Source: Candidatus Krumholzibacteriota bacterium
GTDB taxonomy: Bacteria > Krumholzibacteriota > Krumholzibacteriia > JAJRXK01
Assembly (NCBI GenBank): GCA_024276305.1
Contig: JAJRXK010000050.1
Coordinates: 2,623-66,622, forward strand
Direction of reading: 5' to 3'
DNA: 64,000 nucleotides
Below are positions 17,263-26,435 of this stretch, piece after piece (the stretch's first letter is position 1; each line of letters begins with the position of its first letter). The notes beneath the pieces are model-generated. The model was not told the DNA's origin, searched no databases, and saw only the letters and a program-made list of their open reading frames with translations. The translations under genes were made by a program, and so were the position numbers.

Positions 17263-17682
17263 ATGAATACTCCAGCGAAGGCTCTCATGGAGCAGTACTG
17301 TTCGGTATGCAAAGCTCGCTACGACATGAGCGTGGTGAGCGAGAGCTCCGACGACGGAGTCATCTGGCTGAAGTGTCCGAACTGTCAGGGTATTCTGCCT
17401 CACATGCCCGACATCGCCGACGATGCGGAGACCACCGAAGTGGCTTCTGCGGAGCCCGGTCCGGTGAGCGACGAGACCTTCGGCGAGGAATTGGACACCG
17501 CCATGGCCAAGCCCTACTCCCCGACCGGGCACTATGCGGTGGGAGATGTGCTCTACCATCGCGGCTGGGGAGACCACGGTCTGGTGCTCGAGAGGCAGGA
17601 GCTTCCCGGCGGACGTGGGCTCTTGAAGGTGCGCTTCGTCAAACAGGGCGAAATGCAGTTGGTGGAAGGCGCGCCCGGCTGA
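17263..17682 (+). CDS. Zinc-ribbon protein with acidic linker and a C-terminal Tudor/SH3-like beta domain, function unknown
   Basis: CSVC...CPNC ribbon. C-terminal YAVGDVLYHRGWGDHGLVLERQ...LLKVRFVKQGEMQL resembles the small beta-barrel found at the C-termini of UvrD/PcrA-type proteins. Confidence 0.5.
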   Translation: MNTPAKALMEQYCSVCKARYDMSVVSESSDDGVIWLKCPNCQGILPHMPDIADDAETTEVASAEPGPVSDETFGEELDTAMAKPYSPTGHYAVGDVLYHRGWGDHGLVLERQELPGGRGLLKVRFVKQGEMQLVEGAPG

Positions 17683-17711
17683 GCCGAACTCTCCGGCGAG
17701 GAAGCGGAGCC

Positions 17712-18548
17712 ATGGGGAAGGCGATGGTAGTTCGTCGGGCGCTGAAGCCAGCGAGCGTTCTGCTCTTGGTCTTCGGGCTCAACGCCAACTCCGTTGCCGC
17801 AGAGAGTCGACCGAAGCAGTTGCTGATCATGCCCTGGGAGCTGCCGGCGCGGTCGTTGGTCTCCGATCAGATTGGCCTCGATGCAAATTCTCTGGAATTG
17901 CCCGACGGACGCCACACCGAGCTCTACCGACTGACCCTCTATCATGCGATCGGGAGCCGCCACTTCGCCCGATTCACGCAGGACTATGCCGGCATCCAAT
18001 CGGAAGACAGGTTCCAGTGGGGCGGGGGGCGCACGGAAGTCCAGTGGAGTTCCCGACTCGGGCCCGCAGATGGTCGGCGGGTGGTGATCGAGGGGGTGGG
18101 AAGTCTCTCGACCGGGGACGAGAAGCTCCATCCGCTGTCGGCGGGGGCCCCCTCCCTCCAAATGCGGTGGAGAGTGCAGTGGTTGAGTGCCGGAGGGCTC
18201 GAGTTGTGGACGGGCGCCCTCCTGCGGCTGGTATCGCCGCCGAGCGAAGGCGACCGACAGGCCCCTCGTTCTTCCTTTCCCTCCGGACGGGCCTGGGACG
18301 CGACCCTGCGATGGTCGAGGGGACGTTGGGACTCTCAACTGGCATTGCGCTACGACCAGGGCGGATTGCCCCGGAGTTGGTGGTCATCGTGGATCACTTC
18401 GGTGCCCTTGGGAGAACAAATCGGGCTCCGACTGGGGGGGCATGTCGGTTGGGGGCCCGTGGGCAGTCGCCTCATCGATCAGGGATGGACTCTGGGCGTG
18501 AGCTGGCAGCCTCCGCTTGCCTTGTCATCCACTGCGCAACTCCGATAG
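17712..18548 (+). CDS. Hypothetical secreted protein (possibly an outer-membrane beta-barrel)
   Basis: ATG 17712. Signal peptide LLLVFGLNANSVAA. W/R/G-rich alternating sequence. No recognised catalytic motif. Confidence 0.45.
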   Translation: MGKAMVVRRALKPASVLLLVFGLNANSVAAESRPKQLLIMPWELPARSLVSDQIGLDANSLELPDGRHTELYRLTLYHAIGSRHFARFTQDYAGIQSEDRFQWGGGRTEVQWSSRLGPADGRRVVIEGVGSLSTGDEKLHPLSAGAPSLQMRWRVQWLSAGGLELWTGALLRLVSPPSEGDRQAPRSSFPSGRAWDATLRWSRGRWDSQLALRYDQGGLPRSWWSSWITSVPLGEQIGLRLGGHVGWGPVGSRLIDQGWTLGVSWQPPLALSSTAQLR

Positions 18549-18557
18549 TCTCGGAGG

Positions 18558-21500
18558 ATGAACACCCCTCTCCTGGCGCATCGCTTTCGAGTCCTCGAGA
18601 TCCTCGACGAGGATGCCGGCCTCTTGTTGGCCCACGCGCTCGATGTGGCCTCCAAGCAGGAGGGCTGGCTTCTTCGGCTCGGGGGACCGGGTCGGTCGAT
18701 GACCCGGACCGCGGTGCTCTTCCGCCTCGAAGCCTTCGGTCAACGCGCCCTCTGCCGCAACTTCACCGTCGACGTCCACTTCCAGCGGGACCAAGAGTTG
18801 TTCTTCTTTCTTGGACTCCCTCTGCAGGCTCGACCTCTTCGGGACTCGGAGATCGAAGGCATCACGAAGTCGTCCCGATGGTCCGAGATGCTGAAGGATT
18901 GGATCGACGCGGGATTGACCGGGGGCTCGGTCCGCCCGCGACATCTGTGGGTCGATGCCGAAGGCCCCTTCTTGTTGCCCAGCGCGTATTGCCGTCCGGA
19001 GGGAATGGGAGAGGGCACCACGATCGGTTGGCATTCTCCCCATCGTTGCCGTCGAGAGATCCTCGACTTCGATCGAGAACTTCGCTCCTCGAGCCCTTTC
19101 GAGGACCGCCGGCAGGGTCCATTCGACGACGTGGAGAATCCGACGTTGTCGACCGCGATGCGATCCGCGCTGCAGCAGGAAGGGGCGTGGATGATCTTGA
19201 GGGGCGAAGGACCGGCCACTGCGATCTCCGAAGCCCTTTCTCTGTGGAGTGAAGATTCGGAGCGGATGTTCTTCGAGTTGCTTCCCTTCGTGGGGCCCCG
19301 CATAGTTCCACGGCGCAGTGGCAGCGCGCCTCCCGTCCTTCTCCTGCGGGGATCTCCTCTCTTCGCTGCCTTCGCGGAATCTCTGGCCCGACTCGATCAG
19401 GCCGGGTGGCTGTCGGGGGACGAGAATCTGGTGCTTCTGAGTGGAGGGAGCGAGTTGGACGAAGCCCTGCGGCTCTATTTCATGTCCGCACCGGAGCTCT
19501 TGGACCTCGAAGCCACTGCGGTGCTCGGGGCCCGGTCCGATCCTTTCGAATCTGCGGGTTCGGCGCCACCGGGGGTGAGTTCCATCGCGCAGCAGATTCT
19601 CGACTTGGTGCGGGTGGCCCGGCGGCCGCTGTCGGAGACCTCGGTGGCCGATGCCTTCTCGCTCGAGGCGGCCCAACTGGCGAGTGCCGCACTGGAACTC
19701 TGGAATGCCGGCGAGGTGAAGATCGGTCTCGGCTTCGCGGAGGAACTGGGCCGGGCGCCGGCTCTGATCCTCGAAGCCTCGGCCCGGATGGCCGAGGTGG
19801 AGGCTCTTCGAGAGTCCGAGCTCCATCAGCTCTTGGCGGCGACGGTGGTCGACATTCCGCGCCGAGTTCGGTGGGGAGGAGCGTGGCTCCGAGCCGAAGC
19901 CGGAAGCGTGGGCCGTCCTGCAGCGGCCGGAGAGGCCTGGCGGGCGCTCATCGACCGCTGCGAGAAGGATGGATTGGGGCTGCTACAATATGCCGCCTGT
20001 GAACGACTCTTGGCCGAGGGGGAGGCGACTCCTCTGCGATCCGAGGACTTGGCCCGAGCCGCGATCCGCATGGCTCAGGAACATCGTCGCCGGGGCGAAG
20101 TGGACCGGGCCGATGCCATCTTGGCCCAGACTCTCGATCAGATTCGGGCCGAAGTGGATCTGGCCCCCGAACGTCTTGCCCCCCTGATCTGTGATCTGGT
20201 TCTGGAGAGGGCTCATCTCTCGCTGCACCGTTCTCGTTTTCGGGAAACCGAGTCCCATCTGCGCGAGACCCTCGATCGCTACCGGGACCATCTCTCCGCC
20301 GTGCAGCGGACACGAATCTACCTCGATCTCTCCTGGTCTCTCATTCAGATGGGGCGCACCCGAGAAAGCATGGATCCCTGCAATCTCTCGCTGCGCCTGG
20401 TGGACTCGGTCCGGCATCCGGATCTCGTGGCCCGGGCCTACAATCAGTTGGGGTATGCGCAGTACAAGGAGAGCGACTACGAGACCAGCATCCAATGTTT
20501 TCAGCGCGCGCTGGTCTTGCGGCAGCAGGTCGGCGATGACCTGGCGGTGGCGCGGACCTACAACAACCTCTCGCTGAGTCAACGAGGACTGGGACAGTTG
20601 AGAGCGGCGGAGAGTTCGCTGCGAGAGAGCCTGCGTCTCAAACGCAGCGTCGGAGATCATCGAGGGGCTGCGGCGAGTCTTCTCAACCTGGGTTTCATCC
20701 ACCTCGATCAGTCCCACTTCGAAGAAGCGCGACGCTGCGGAGTGGAATGCCTGCAGCTCGCCGAAGAACTGCACCATCCCGAGACCGAGGCCGAGGCCTA
20801 TGGTCTGTTGGGCGAAGTAGCGGCGGGTCGCGGACGGGACGAAGAGGCACTGCGCTATCTGCGCCGGGATCTGGACATCTGTGAGGCCACCGGGCACGAA
20901 GGGGAACGCCTGGCCACTCTCCGTCGTTTGGTCGAAGTCCTCCTGCGCTGTGGAGAGAGCGAGGAAGCGGCGGAGCGGCTCGAAATCGCGCGGGAACTTC
21001 TCATTCGTCAGCCCTCCCGCTTCGAAGCGGCGATGCTCGATCGCCTCGAAGGGCGCCTCTTCCTCGGGGCCCAGGCCTTCGACGCCGCGGCCGACGCCTT
21101 CGGATCTGCGGCCAGGGTCTTCGCCGCGCTGCGACGGTTCTCCGATCAGGTGGAGTGCCTGGCCTACCGGGCCAGGTCGGAGCTCGATCAAGGGCGGTCG
21201 GAGACGGCTCGTGACACTCTACGAGAGTTGCGCGAGGTCGCTCTGAACGAAGAGCTTGCCACCCTGCCGGAGGTGGTGCGTGACCTCGAGGCGCGTTTGG
21301 GCCCTTCGGACATGGATGCACCGAGGAACTCGCCGGCGGACTTGTTGCGCAGAGCAGCGCGGCTGTTGAGGGAAGCTCCGAGGGAAGAGACCACTCCGGC
21401 GCGTCGATGGCTTTCGACCGTGGCCAGCGCTCTGGGCGCGACGGATGTGTGCTGGTTGCGGCGGGAGACCGGTGAGCCGCTGCGGGTGGTGGGCAGCGTG

Positions 21501-22790
21501 GGGGGGAGACGAAGGGTGCCGGGTGCACTCCGCGATCTCGACTCCGACCGGGCCGACGTGGGGGAGTGGGTTCGGCCGGATGACGATTGGTCGGCTCTGC
21601 GGCTGGTGGATGACGGTTGGCTTTGCCTTCGCCGAGATCGTGGGCTCGAAGAGCACGAGTCGGACTTCGTCGAGGCCTTGGCTTCGGCCCTGCGTCCGGC
21701 CAGCGCGTCCACCGCGGGCCACTCCGGCGATGAACGGCCGGTGGGCAGGGGGACGGTTGGTCCGACCAAGGTGACTGCAGCCTCTTCCGAGGCGATCATC
21801 GGTCGTAGTTCGGCGATCCAGGAAGTCCTGGCCACCGTCGACACCGTGGCGCGCACCGAAGTGACGGTGCTCCTCCTCGGAGAGAACGGCACCGGAAAGG
21901 ATCTCGTGGCGCGCGCACTGCACGGACAGAGCGCGCGAACGGGACGGCCCTTCGTGGCTCTGAATTGTGCGTCGATTCCTCCCTCGCTCCTCGAAAGCGA
22001 ACTCTTCGGACACGAGAAGGGAGCTTTCACCAGCGCGCACGAGCGCCGCCCTGGAGTCTTCGAGCGGGCGAGTGGTGGCACGATCTTCCTCGACGAAATT
22101 GGAGAAATGCCGCTGGCCATGCAGGCGAAGATGCTGCGGGTTCTGCAGGAGCGGAGCTTCACCCGAGTCGGAGGGACGGAGCTCCTTGCGGCCGATGTGC
22201 GGGTCATTGCGGCCACCAATCGCAAACTCCTCGAAGAAGTGCGCGGGGGTCGTTTCCGCATGGACCTCTACTACCGTCTCAACGTGGTCAGTATCGAGAT
22301 CCCCCCCTTGCGCGCTCGGACGGAGGACATCCCCATGCTGGCCGAACACTTCGTGAGGATCCACGCCTCGAAAATGGGAAGTCCGGCCCGCGAGCTGAGT
22401 CGTGAAGCTCTTGCGCGGTTGAGCGACCATTCGTGGCCGGGAAATGTGCGGGAGCTCGAGAACGTCATCAAGAATGCTCTGGTCTTCACCCAGGATGCCG
22501 TCATTCGCCCCGAGAATCTTCCCGAGTCCATCTTCTCGGGAGAGGTGCCGGATTCCGGGTTGAGCGTGGAAAAGGCGGTCGAGTGGATGGTCGCCTGCGA
22601 GGACTGGTCCGAGGATCGACCGCTCTTGCCGCGGGTCGAATTGCTGTTGGCCCACGAGGCGGTTCAGCACCTCGGCAACAAGACTCTGGCGGCGAAGCTC
22701 CTGGGAATCACCAAACCCACGCTCTACAGTCGTCTGCGCCGATTCGATGCCCTTTATGGCACCACGGGGGAGGCCAAGGGGAGCAGCTGA
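18558..22790 (+). CDS. Very large sigma-54-dependent transcriptional activator (kinase-like N-terminus, TPR region, AAA+ sigma-54 interaction domain, Fis-type HTH)
   Basis: 1410 aa. Walker [28 protein letters not shown] (GAFTGA-type loop), Walker [14 protein letters not shown]-finger region, C-terminal [28 protein letters not shown]-like repeats ([25 protein letters not shown] etc.). Confidence 0.85.
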   Translation: MNTPLLAHRFRVLEILDEDAGLLLAHALDVASKQEGWLLRLGGPGRSMTRTAVLFRLEAFGQRALCRNFTVDVHFQRDQELFFFLGLPLQARPLRDSEIEGITKSSRWSEMLKDWIDAGLTGGSVRPRHLWVDAEGPFLLPSAYCRPEGMGEGTTIGWHSPHRCRREILDFDRELRSSSPFEDRRQGPFDDVENPTLSTAMRSALQQEGAWMILRGEGPATAISEALSLWSEDSERMFFELLPFVGPRIVPRRSGSAPPVLLLRGSPLFAAFAESLARLDQAGWLSGDENLVLLSGGSELDEALRLYFMSAPELLDLEATAVLGARSDPFESAGSAPPGVSSIAQQILDLVRVARRPLSETSVADAFSLEAAQLASAALELWNAGEVKIGLGFAEELGRAPALILEASARMAEVEALRESELHQLLAATVVDIPRRVRWGGAWLRAEAGSVGRPAAAGEAWRALIDRCEKDGLGLLQYAACERLLAEGEATPLRSEDLARAAIRMAQEHRRRGEVDRADAILAQTLDQIRAEVDLAPERLAPLICDLVLERAHLSLHRSRFRETESHLRETLDRYRDHLSAVQRTRIYLDLSWSLIQMGRTRESMDPCNLSLRLVDSVRHPDLVARAYNQLGYAQYKESDYETSIQCFQRALVLRQQVGDDLAVARTYNNLSLSQRGLGQLRAAESSLRESLRLKRSVGDHRGAAASLLNLGFIHLDQSHFEEARRCGVECLQLAEELHHPETEAEAYGLLGEVAAGRGRDEEALRYLRRDLDICEATGHEGERLATLRRLVEVLLRCGESEEAAERLEIARELLIRQPSRFEAAMLDRLEGRLFLGAQAFDAAADAFGSAARVFAALRRFSDQVECLAYRARSELDQGRSETARDTLRELREVALNEELATLPEVVRDLEARLGPSDMDAPRNSPADLLRRAARLLREAPREETTPARRWLSTVASALGATDVCWLRRETGEPLRVVGSVGGRRRVPGALRDLDSDRADVGEWVRPDDDWSALRLVDDGWLCLRRDRGLEEHESDFVEALASALRPASASTAGHSGDERPVGRGTVGPTKVTAASSEAIIGRSSAIQEVLATVDTVARTEVTVLLLGENGTGKDLVARALHGQSARTGRPFVALNCASIPPSLLESELFGHEKGAFTSAHERRPGVFERASGGTIFLDEIGEMPLAMQAKMLRVLQERSFTRVGGTELLAADVRVIAATNRKLLEEVRGGRFRMDLYYRLNVVSIEIPPLRARTEDIPMLAEHFVRIHASKMGSPARELSREALARLSDHSWPGNVRELENVIKNALVFTQDAVIRPENLPESIFSGEVPDSGLSVEKAVEWMVACEDWSEDRPLLPRVELLLAHEAVQHLGNKTLAAKLLGITKPTLYSRLRRFDALYGTTGEAKGSS

Positions 22791-22922
22791 ATCGCGGGAA
22801 AGCGGCGAGGGCCTTCCATTTCGGGGTGGGAATCGCTATAGTGCGAGGGATTCGACGATTCTGGACGCCGCACCGCGGGGACCGCAAGCGGATGGCGTTG
22901 CGATCGGTATTCGGAGGCCTCC

Positions 22923-23285
22923 ATGCAATCCATCCCTCTCCCGCGCAGCTTGGCTCTGGGCGTATCGGTCCTGCTCCTGCTCGTTGGCGCCGGGGTGGGG
23001 GGGGCGGCTGAGACCATTCGAGTTTCGGTCCCCGCCGGAACCACCATTCTCGAGGCCGGTGGCCAACAGGTCGAAGTCCAGACGACCCAGACGGTGATCG
23101 TCACCCTCCAAGTCAGCGGAGATGTGGTGCAGGGGAGTGTGGAGCTGGTCGCCGGCACCAAGTCGGCGTCGGTCACGATCACCCTGCTCGGGCCCCCGAA
23201 TCGAGTGATCTTCAGCGGTCGAGTGACCGGAAACCGGCCCTTCCGAGACTATCTGCCTCAGGAAACCGGCCAAGGGGAAATGTGA
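22923..23285 (+). CDS. Small secreted protein, function unknown
   Basis: ATG 22923 after GGAGG. Signal peptide LALGVSVLLLLVGAGVGGAAE. 120 aa, beta-strand-rich. Confidence 0.45.
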   Translation: MQSIPLPRSLALGVSVLLLLVGAGVGGAAETIRVSVPAGTTILEAGGQQVEVQTTQTVIVTLQVSGDVVQGSVELVAGTKSASVTITLLGPPNRVIFSGRVTGNRPFRDYLPQETGQGEM

Positions 23286-23341
23286 AGCGATTCGGCAATT
23301 TGGTTTTCGATACGTAAAACCATTTAACGAATCCGATCGCT
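23286..23341. repeat. Nested inverted repeat in an AT-richer spacer, about 110-160 bp upstream of the sigma-54 promoter
   Basis: Outer AGCGAT(23286..23291)/ATCGCT(23336..23341). Inner GGTTTT(23302..23307)/AAAACC(23316..23321). Confidence 0.35.
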
Positions 23342-23448
23342 GACTCTCCGCCTGGAAGGGAACTTCCTCTCTCTGTCCGTGTTGTCAACACCATTCATGA
23401 CAAGGAGTTGCTGGCGAAGTTGAAAGATTGAGGATTTTTCCCCAGTCA

Positions 23449-23462
23449 GGCACACAATTTGC
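23449..23462 (+). promoter_or_regulatory. Sigma-54 (-24/-12) promoter candidate GGCAC-N5-TTGC
   Basis: aGGCACacaatTTGCc matches the TGGCAC-N5-TTGCW consensus in all core positions. It lies 50 nt upstream of the GTG 23512 start of the hybrid kinase gene and downstream of the sigma-54 activator gene. Confidence 0.6.
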
Positions 23463-23511
23463 CAATCTCTCCATCGGATAGGCAAGCAAGCCTTCTTGCT
23501 GGCTCCGAGCG

Positions 23512-24747
23512 GTGGGGAGTGTGTCAGGCATACGAGGGGCTTCCTCCGCTCGGCCAGCAAGAATCATCGGAATGCGCAGCCACTCCCACGATCGCGAAGA
23601 ACCCAACGAGCGCAAAGAGGCGCCGGCTGTCCCTGAGCCAGGCGCTTCTTTGTTGGGGGAGGCCTCGGATCTTCTTTCGAGGCTTCGGACATTGGTCCAC
23701 GATCAGGCCAACTGGTATCAGCGACTCGAGGGCCAGCTCGAAGCCCTGGCCCGCCGCCATGGCATCGAGGAGGCCGAGCTGGACCCTCTGCGGTGGGGGT
23801 TGCAACGCTGTGCCGATTTGGGCCTACGGGCGCTCGGAGCCGAGCTGCCCGCGAATCCGGCGGTTCTGCCGGCCTTGGTCCATGACTTCGCGGCGAGAGA
23901 CCGACGGGGCGGGCAGAATCCGCCCCTGAAGGTCGAGAGTTCCGCCTCGGCACCCACCCCCCTGGCCATTCCCGCTCTGGTCCTGGAGAATGCGCTGCTC
24001 AATCTGGTGAAGAATGCGCGGGAGTCGGCGGAAGAGGACGTCGAGCTCTCGATCCGATGCCGGGGCGAAGGGGCGATGCAGATCGTCGAGGTCGTGGACA
24101 CCGGTGCGGGGATGGCCCCCGAAGTCCTTCGCCACTGTCGAGACTGGGGTTTTTCGACCAAGGCCGGCAGCGGTCGCGGTCTCGGGATGGCTTCGGTGGC
24201 GGCGGAGATCGAGAAATGGGGTGGGAAGATGGAGGTCGAGTCCGTCGAAGGGGAGGGAACCACGGTGCGGCTGCTCCTCCCCCGAGCCTCGGCCCCCCGG
24301 ACTCTGTCCGCGGCGCGAAGGATGGTGGACCCTGCTCTTCCGGCGGGGGTTCTTCTGGTGGAGGACGATCCCGAAGTGGCCGAGGTGATGGCGGCATTTC
24401 TCGAGACCGCCGGGGTGCAGTCCCAAGTGGTTCGTCGCGGTGAGGAGATCTGGTCCCATTTGGAGGATCCGCAGATCCAGGCGGTGATCCTGGACCAGGG
24501 CTTGCCCGATCTTCCGGGATCGATCTTGGCAGAAGCAATTCGACAACGGCATCCGGATTTGGTACTCGTGCTACTGACGGGGGATCCTTCGGCCGTGCCG
24601 GCGCCTGGAGCCCGAGGTCCTCTCGATGCGGTGGGAGTGAAGCCTCTCGGGCGTGGTGGACTCCTTTCTCTGCTCCAAGAAGCGGTAGGCAATGCGGCCA
24701 GAAGAAACGACGATGGTTCTCCTCGGCAGAAGCCGGCTCAGGCCTGA
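23512..24747 (+). CDS. Hybrid histidine kinase / response-regulator receiver protein without an obvious sensor domain
   Basis: Candidate H-box ALVHDFAARD, N-box LLNLVKNARES, G1 VDTGAGM, G2 GSGRGLGM. C-terminal receiver VLLVEDDPEV...AVILDQGLPDLPG...LLTG. The start could instead be ATG 23572. Confidence 0.75.
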   Translation: MGSVSGIRGASSARPARIIGMRSHSHDREEPNERKEAPAVPEPGASLLGEASDLLSRLRTLVHDQANWYQRLEGQLEALARRHGIEEAELDPLRWGLQRCADLGLRALGAELPANPAVLPALVHDFAARDRRGGQNPPLKVESSASAPTPLAIPALVLENALLNLVKNARESAEEDVELSIRCRGEGAMQIVEVVDTGAGMAPEVLRHCRDWGFSTKAGSGRGLGMASVAAEIEKWGGKMEVESVEGEGTTVRLLLPRASAPRTLSAARRMVDPALPAGVLLVEDDPEVAEVMAAFLETAGVQSQVVRRGEEIWSHLEDPQIQAVILDQGLPDLPGSILAEAIRQRHPDLVLVLLTGDPSAVPAPGARGPLDAVGVKPLGRGGLLSLLQEAVGNAARRNDDGSPRQKPAQA

Positions 24748-25516
24748 CCGCCTTCTCCTTCTGGCGTTGGTCGTGACCTGGTCCCTCGCGGCACCGAGTA
24801 CGGGCTCGATGGCCCGTGATCTCGCGGATCTACCGCGGTTGGTGATCTCTCCCGTCGATACCGTTCGTCTGCCTTCGCCGGGTTTGAGGGGACTCGCCTT
24901 CGACGAGGGTGGAGCCTGGTTTCTCATGAGCACTCACCGGGGACTCTCGGCTCCGGATTCGGCATTCACCGCCACCCTTCTGAGATGGGATTCGTCCACG
25001 GGGTCCGCCGACACTCTCCTCACCGAAGAAGCTTCCTTCGAGACCGGACTGGCCTACGACGGAGAGTTCTTGTGGGCCGCGGGGAGTCTGTTGGGCCAGC
25101 CCTCGTTGATCTACCAGATCGATCCCGCCACGGCCGAGATTCCGCTCACTCTCCCGACTCGAGGTCACCATCCGGGAGGACTGGTCTTCGACGACGAGTA
25201 TCTCTGGCAGGTCGACGCGGACGCTCGCAAGTTCTTCCGCTTGGAACGCGAGGAAGGGAAAGTCTCGCGGCGAGTCAGCTCTCCGAGCTTCTATCCCACG
25301 GGCCTGGCCTACGACGGATATCACTTCTGGAATGCCGATGCTTCCACCGGACGCATCTATCGGCTCCGGGGTTTCAACGGGCGAATCGACGGCGTGGTGT
25401 CCGAGGACATCTACCTCAGACCGGGGGAGTTCACGACTCTGGGATTCGATGGGGAAGCCCTGTGGATCGCTACTTCGACCGACAGTGTGGCGATCCGATA
25501 CGCGATTCATGACTGA
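24713..25516 (+). CDS. Secreted beta-propeller-like repeat protein, function unknown
   Basis: Signal peptide LLLLALVVTWSLAAP. Repeated GLAYDGxxxW / GLVFDDEYLW / LGFDGEALW blades. Overlaps the 3' end of the upstream gene, so the start is uncertain (24692 or 24713). Confidence 0.5.
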   Translation: MVLLGRSRLRPDRLLLLALVVTWSLAAPSTGSMARDLADLPRLVISPVDTVRLPSPGLRGLAFDEGGAWFLMSTHRGLSAPDSAFTATLLRWDSSTGSADTLLTEEASFETGLAYDGEFLWAAGSLLGQPSLIYQIDPATAEIPLTLPTRGHHPGGLVFDDEYLWQVDADARKFFRLEREEGKVSRRVSSPSFYPTGLAYDGYHFWNADASTGRIYRLRGFNGRIDGVVSEDIYLRPGEFTTLGFDGEALWIATSTDSVAIRYAIHD

Positions 25517-26435
25517 GCGCCGGTATTCCATGGTGGACTCCTTCCGCGATCACCTGCGGAGGGAGCGGCTGAAGTCCACTCGACAGAGGGAACTCATCGC
25601 CCAGACCTTCGCGGAAGTCGAAGGGCATGTCAGTGTCGAGGAATTGCTCGAGCGGTGCCGGGTGCGAGATCCGAAGGTCGGCTATGCGACGGTCTATCGG
25701 ACGCTGAAGCTCTTGGTGGACGCAGGCGTGGCCTCGGCGAGGAATTTCGGGGAGGGCTTTGCGCGCTACGAGCCCGTCGACGACCAACACCATGATCACT
25801 TGGTATGTCTCGTCTGCGGCCGCATCGACGAATTCCATGATCCACAGATCGAGAGACTTCAGGACCAGGTCGCCCGCGATCTGGGCTATGTCCTGACCCA
25901 TCATCGGCACGAGATCTTCGGAGTGTGCGCTCCCTGTCAGCAGGAGCGAAGCCGCGAGGAACTCGAGCCCGTCCTGCGCACCGAGCGGCGAAGCGAAGGT
26001 CAGGGATTCGGAGAAACCTTCCGGCACTATCTCGGCGCGCATGGCTTGAGGCTGACCAAGCAGAGGGAACTCATCGCCGGCCTCTTTGCGGATCTGGACC
26101 ACCATGTCCGGGTCGAGGAACTCTACGATCTGGTCCGAAGACGGGATCGCAGCATCGGGAGCGCCACGGTCTATCGGACTCTGAACCTACTCGTCGCCGC
26201 AGGACTGGCTGCCTGTCGTCACTTCGGAGATGGCTTCACGCGATTCGAGCCCCGGGACGAAGTCCACCACGACCACCTCATCGACGAGGACACTGGAGAG
26301 GTGATCGAATTCCACGATCCTCGAATCGAGGCGCGTCAGGACGAGCTCGTGAAAGCCGAGGGCTACCTCGTCTCTCACCATCGTCACGATCTCTTCGGAC
26401 GGCGCATCGAGAATCCTGAGGTCGGAGGGAAATGA
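25509..26435 (+). CDS. Tandem (two-domain, single-chain) Fur-family metalloregulator
   Basis: Two complete Fur-like units in one ORF. Unit 1 has STRQRELI...ATVYRTLKLL...HHDHLVCLVCG...HHRHEIFGVCAPC. Unit 2 has LTKQRELI...ATVYRTLNLL...HHDHLIDEDTG...HHRHDLFG. The start is ATG 25509 (ATGACTGA overlap) or 25530. Confidence 0.8.
   Translation: MTERRYSMVDSFRDHLRRERLKSTRQRELIAQTFAEVEGHVSVEELLERCRVRDPKVGYATVYRTLKLLVDAGVASARNFGEGFARYEPVDDQHHDHLVCLVCGRIDEFHDPQIERLQDQVARDLGYVLTHHRHEIFGVCAPCQQERSREELEPVLRTERRSEGQGFGETFRHYLGAHGLRLTKQRELIAGLFADLDHHVRVEELYDLVRRRDRSIGSATVYRTLNLLVAAGLAACRHFGDGFTRFEPRDEVHHDHLIDEDTGEVIEFHDPRIEARQDELVKAEGYLVSHHRHDLFGRRIENPEVGGK

Noticed and set aside
16960-17682. A possible fifth in-frame-stop gene: ORFs 16960..17208 and 17230..17682 share a frame across TGA 17206.
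   Set aside because: Each part has its own ATG (17017 with an ACGGGGGG RBS; 17263) and its own complete zinc-ribbon. The bridging codons (AAAPPRGLSASRAGRLRT) look non-coding. Sharing a frame has a one-in-three chance.
22791-22922. A sigma-54 promoter in front of the small secreted-protein gene directly downstream of the EBP.
   Set aside because: The TGGA/TGGC-containing stretches there do not place GC 10 nt after GG, so there is no acceptable -24/-12 match.
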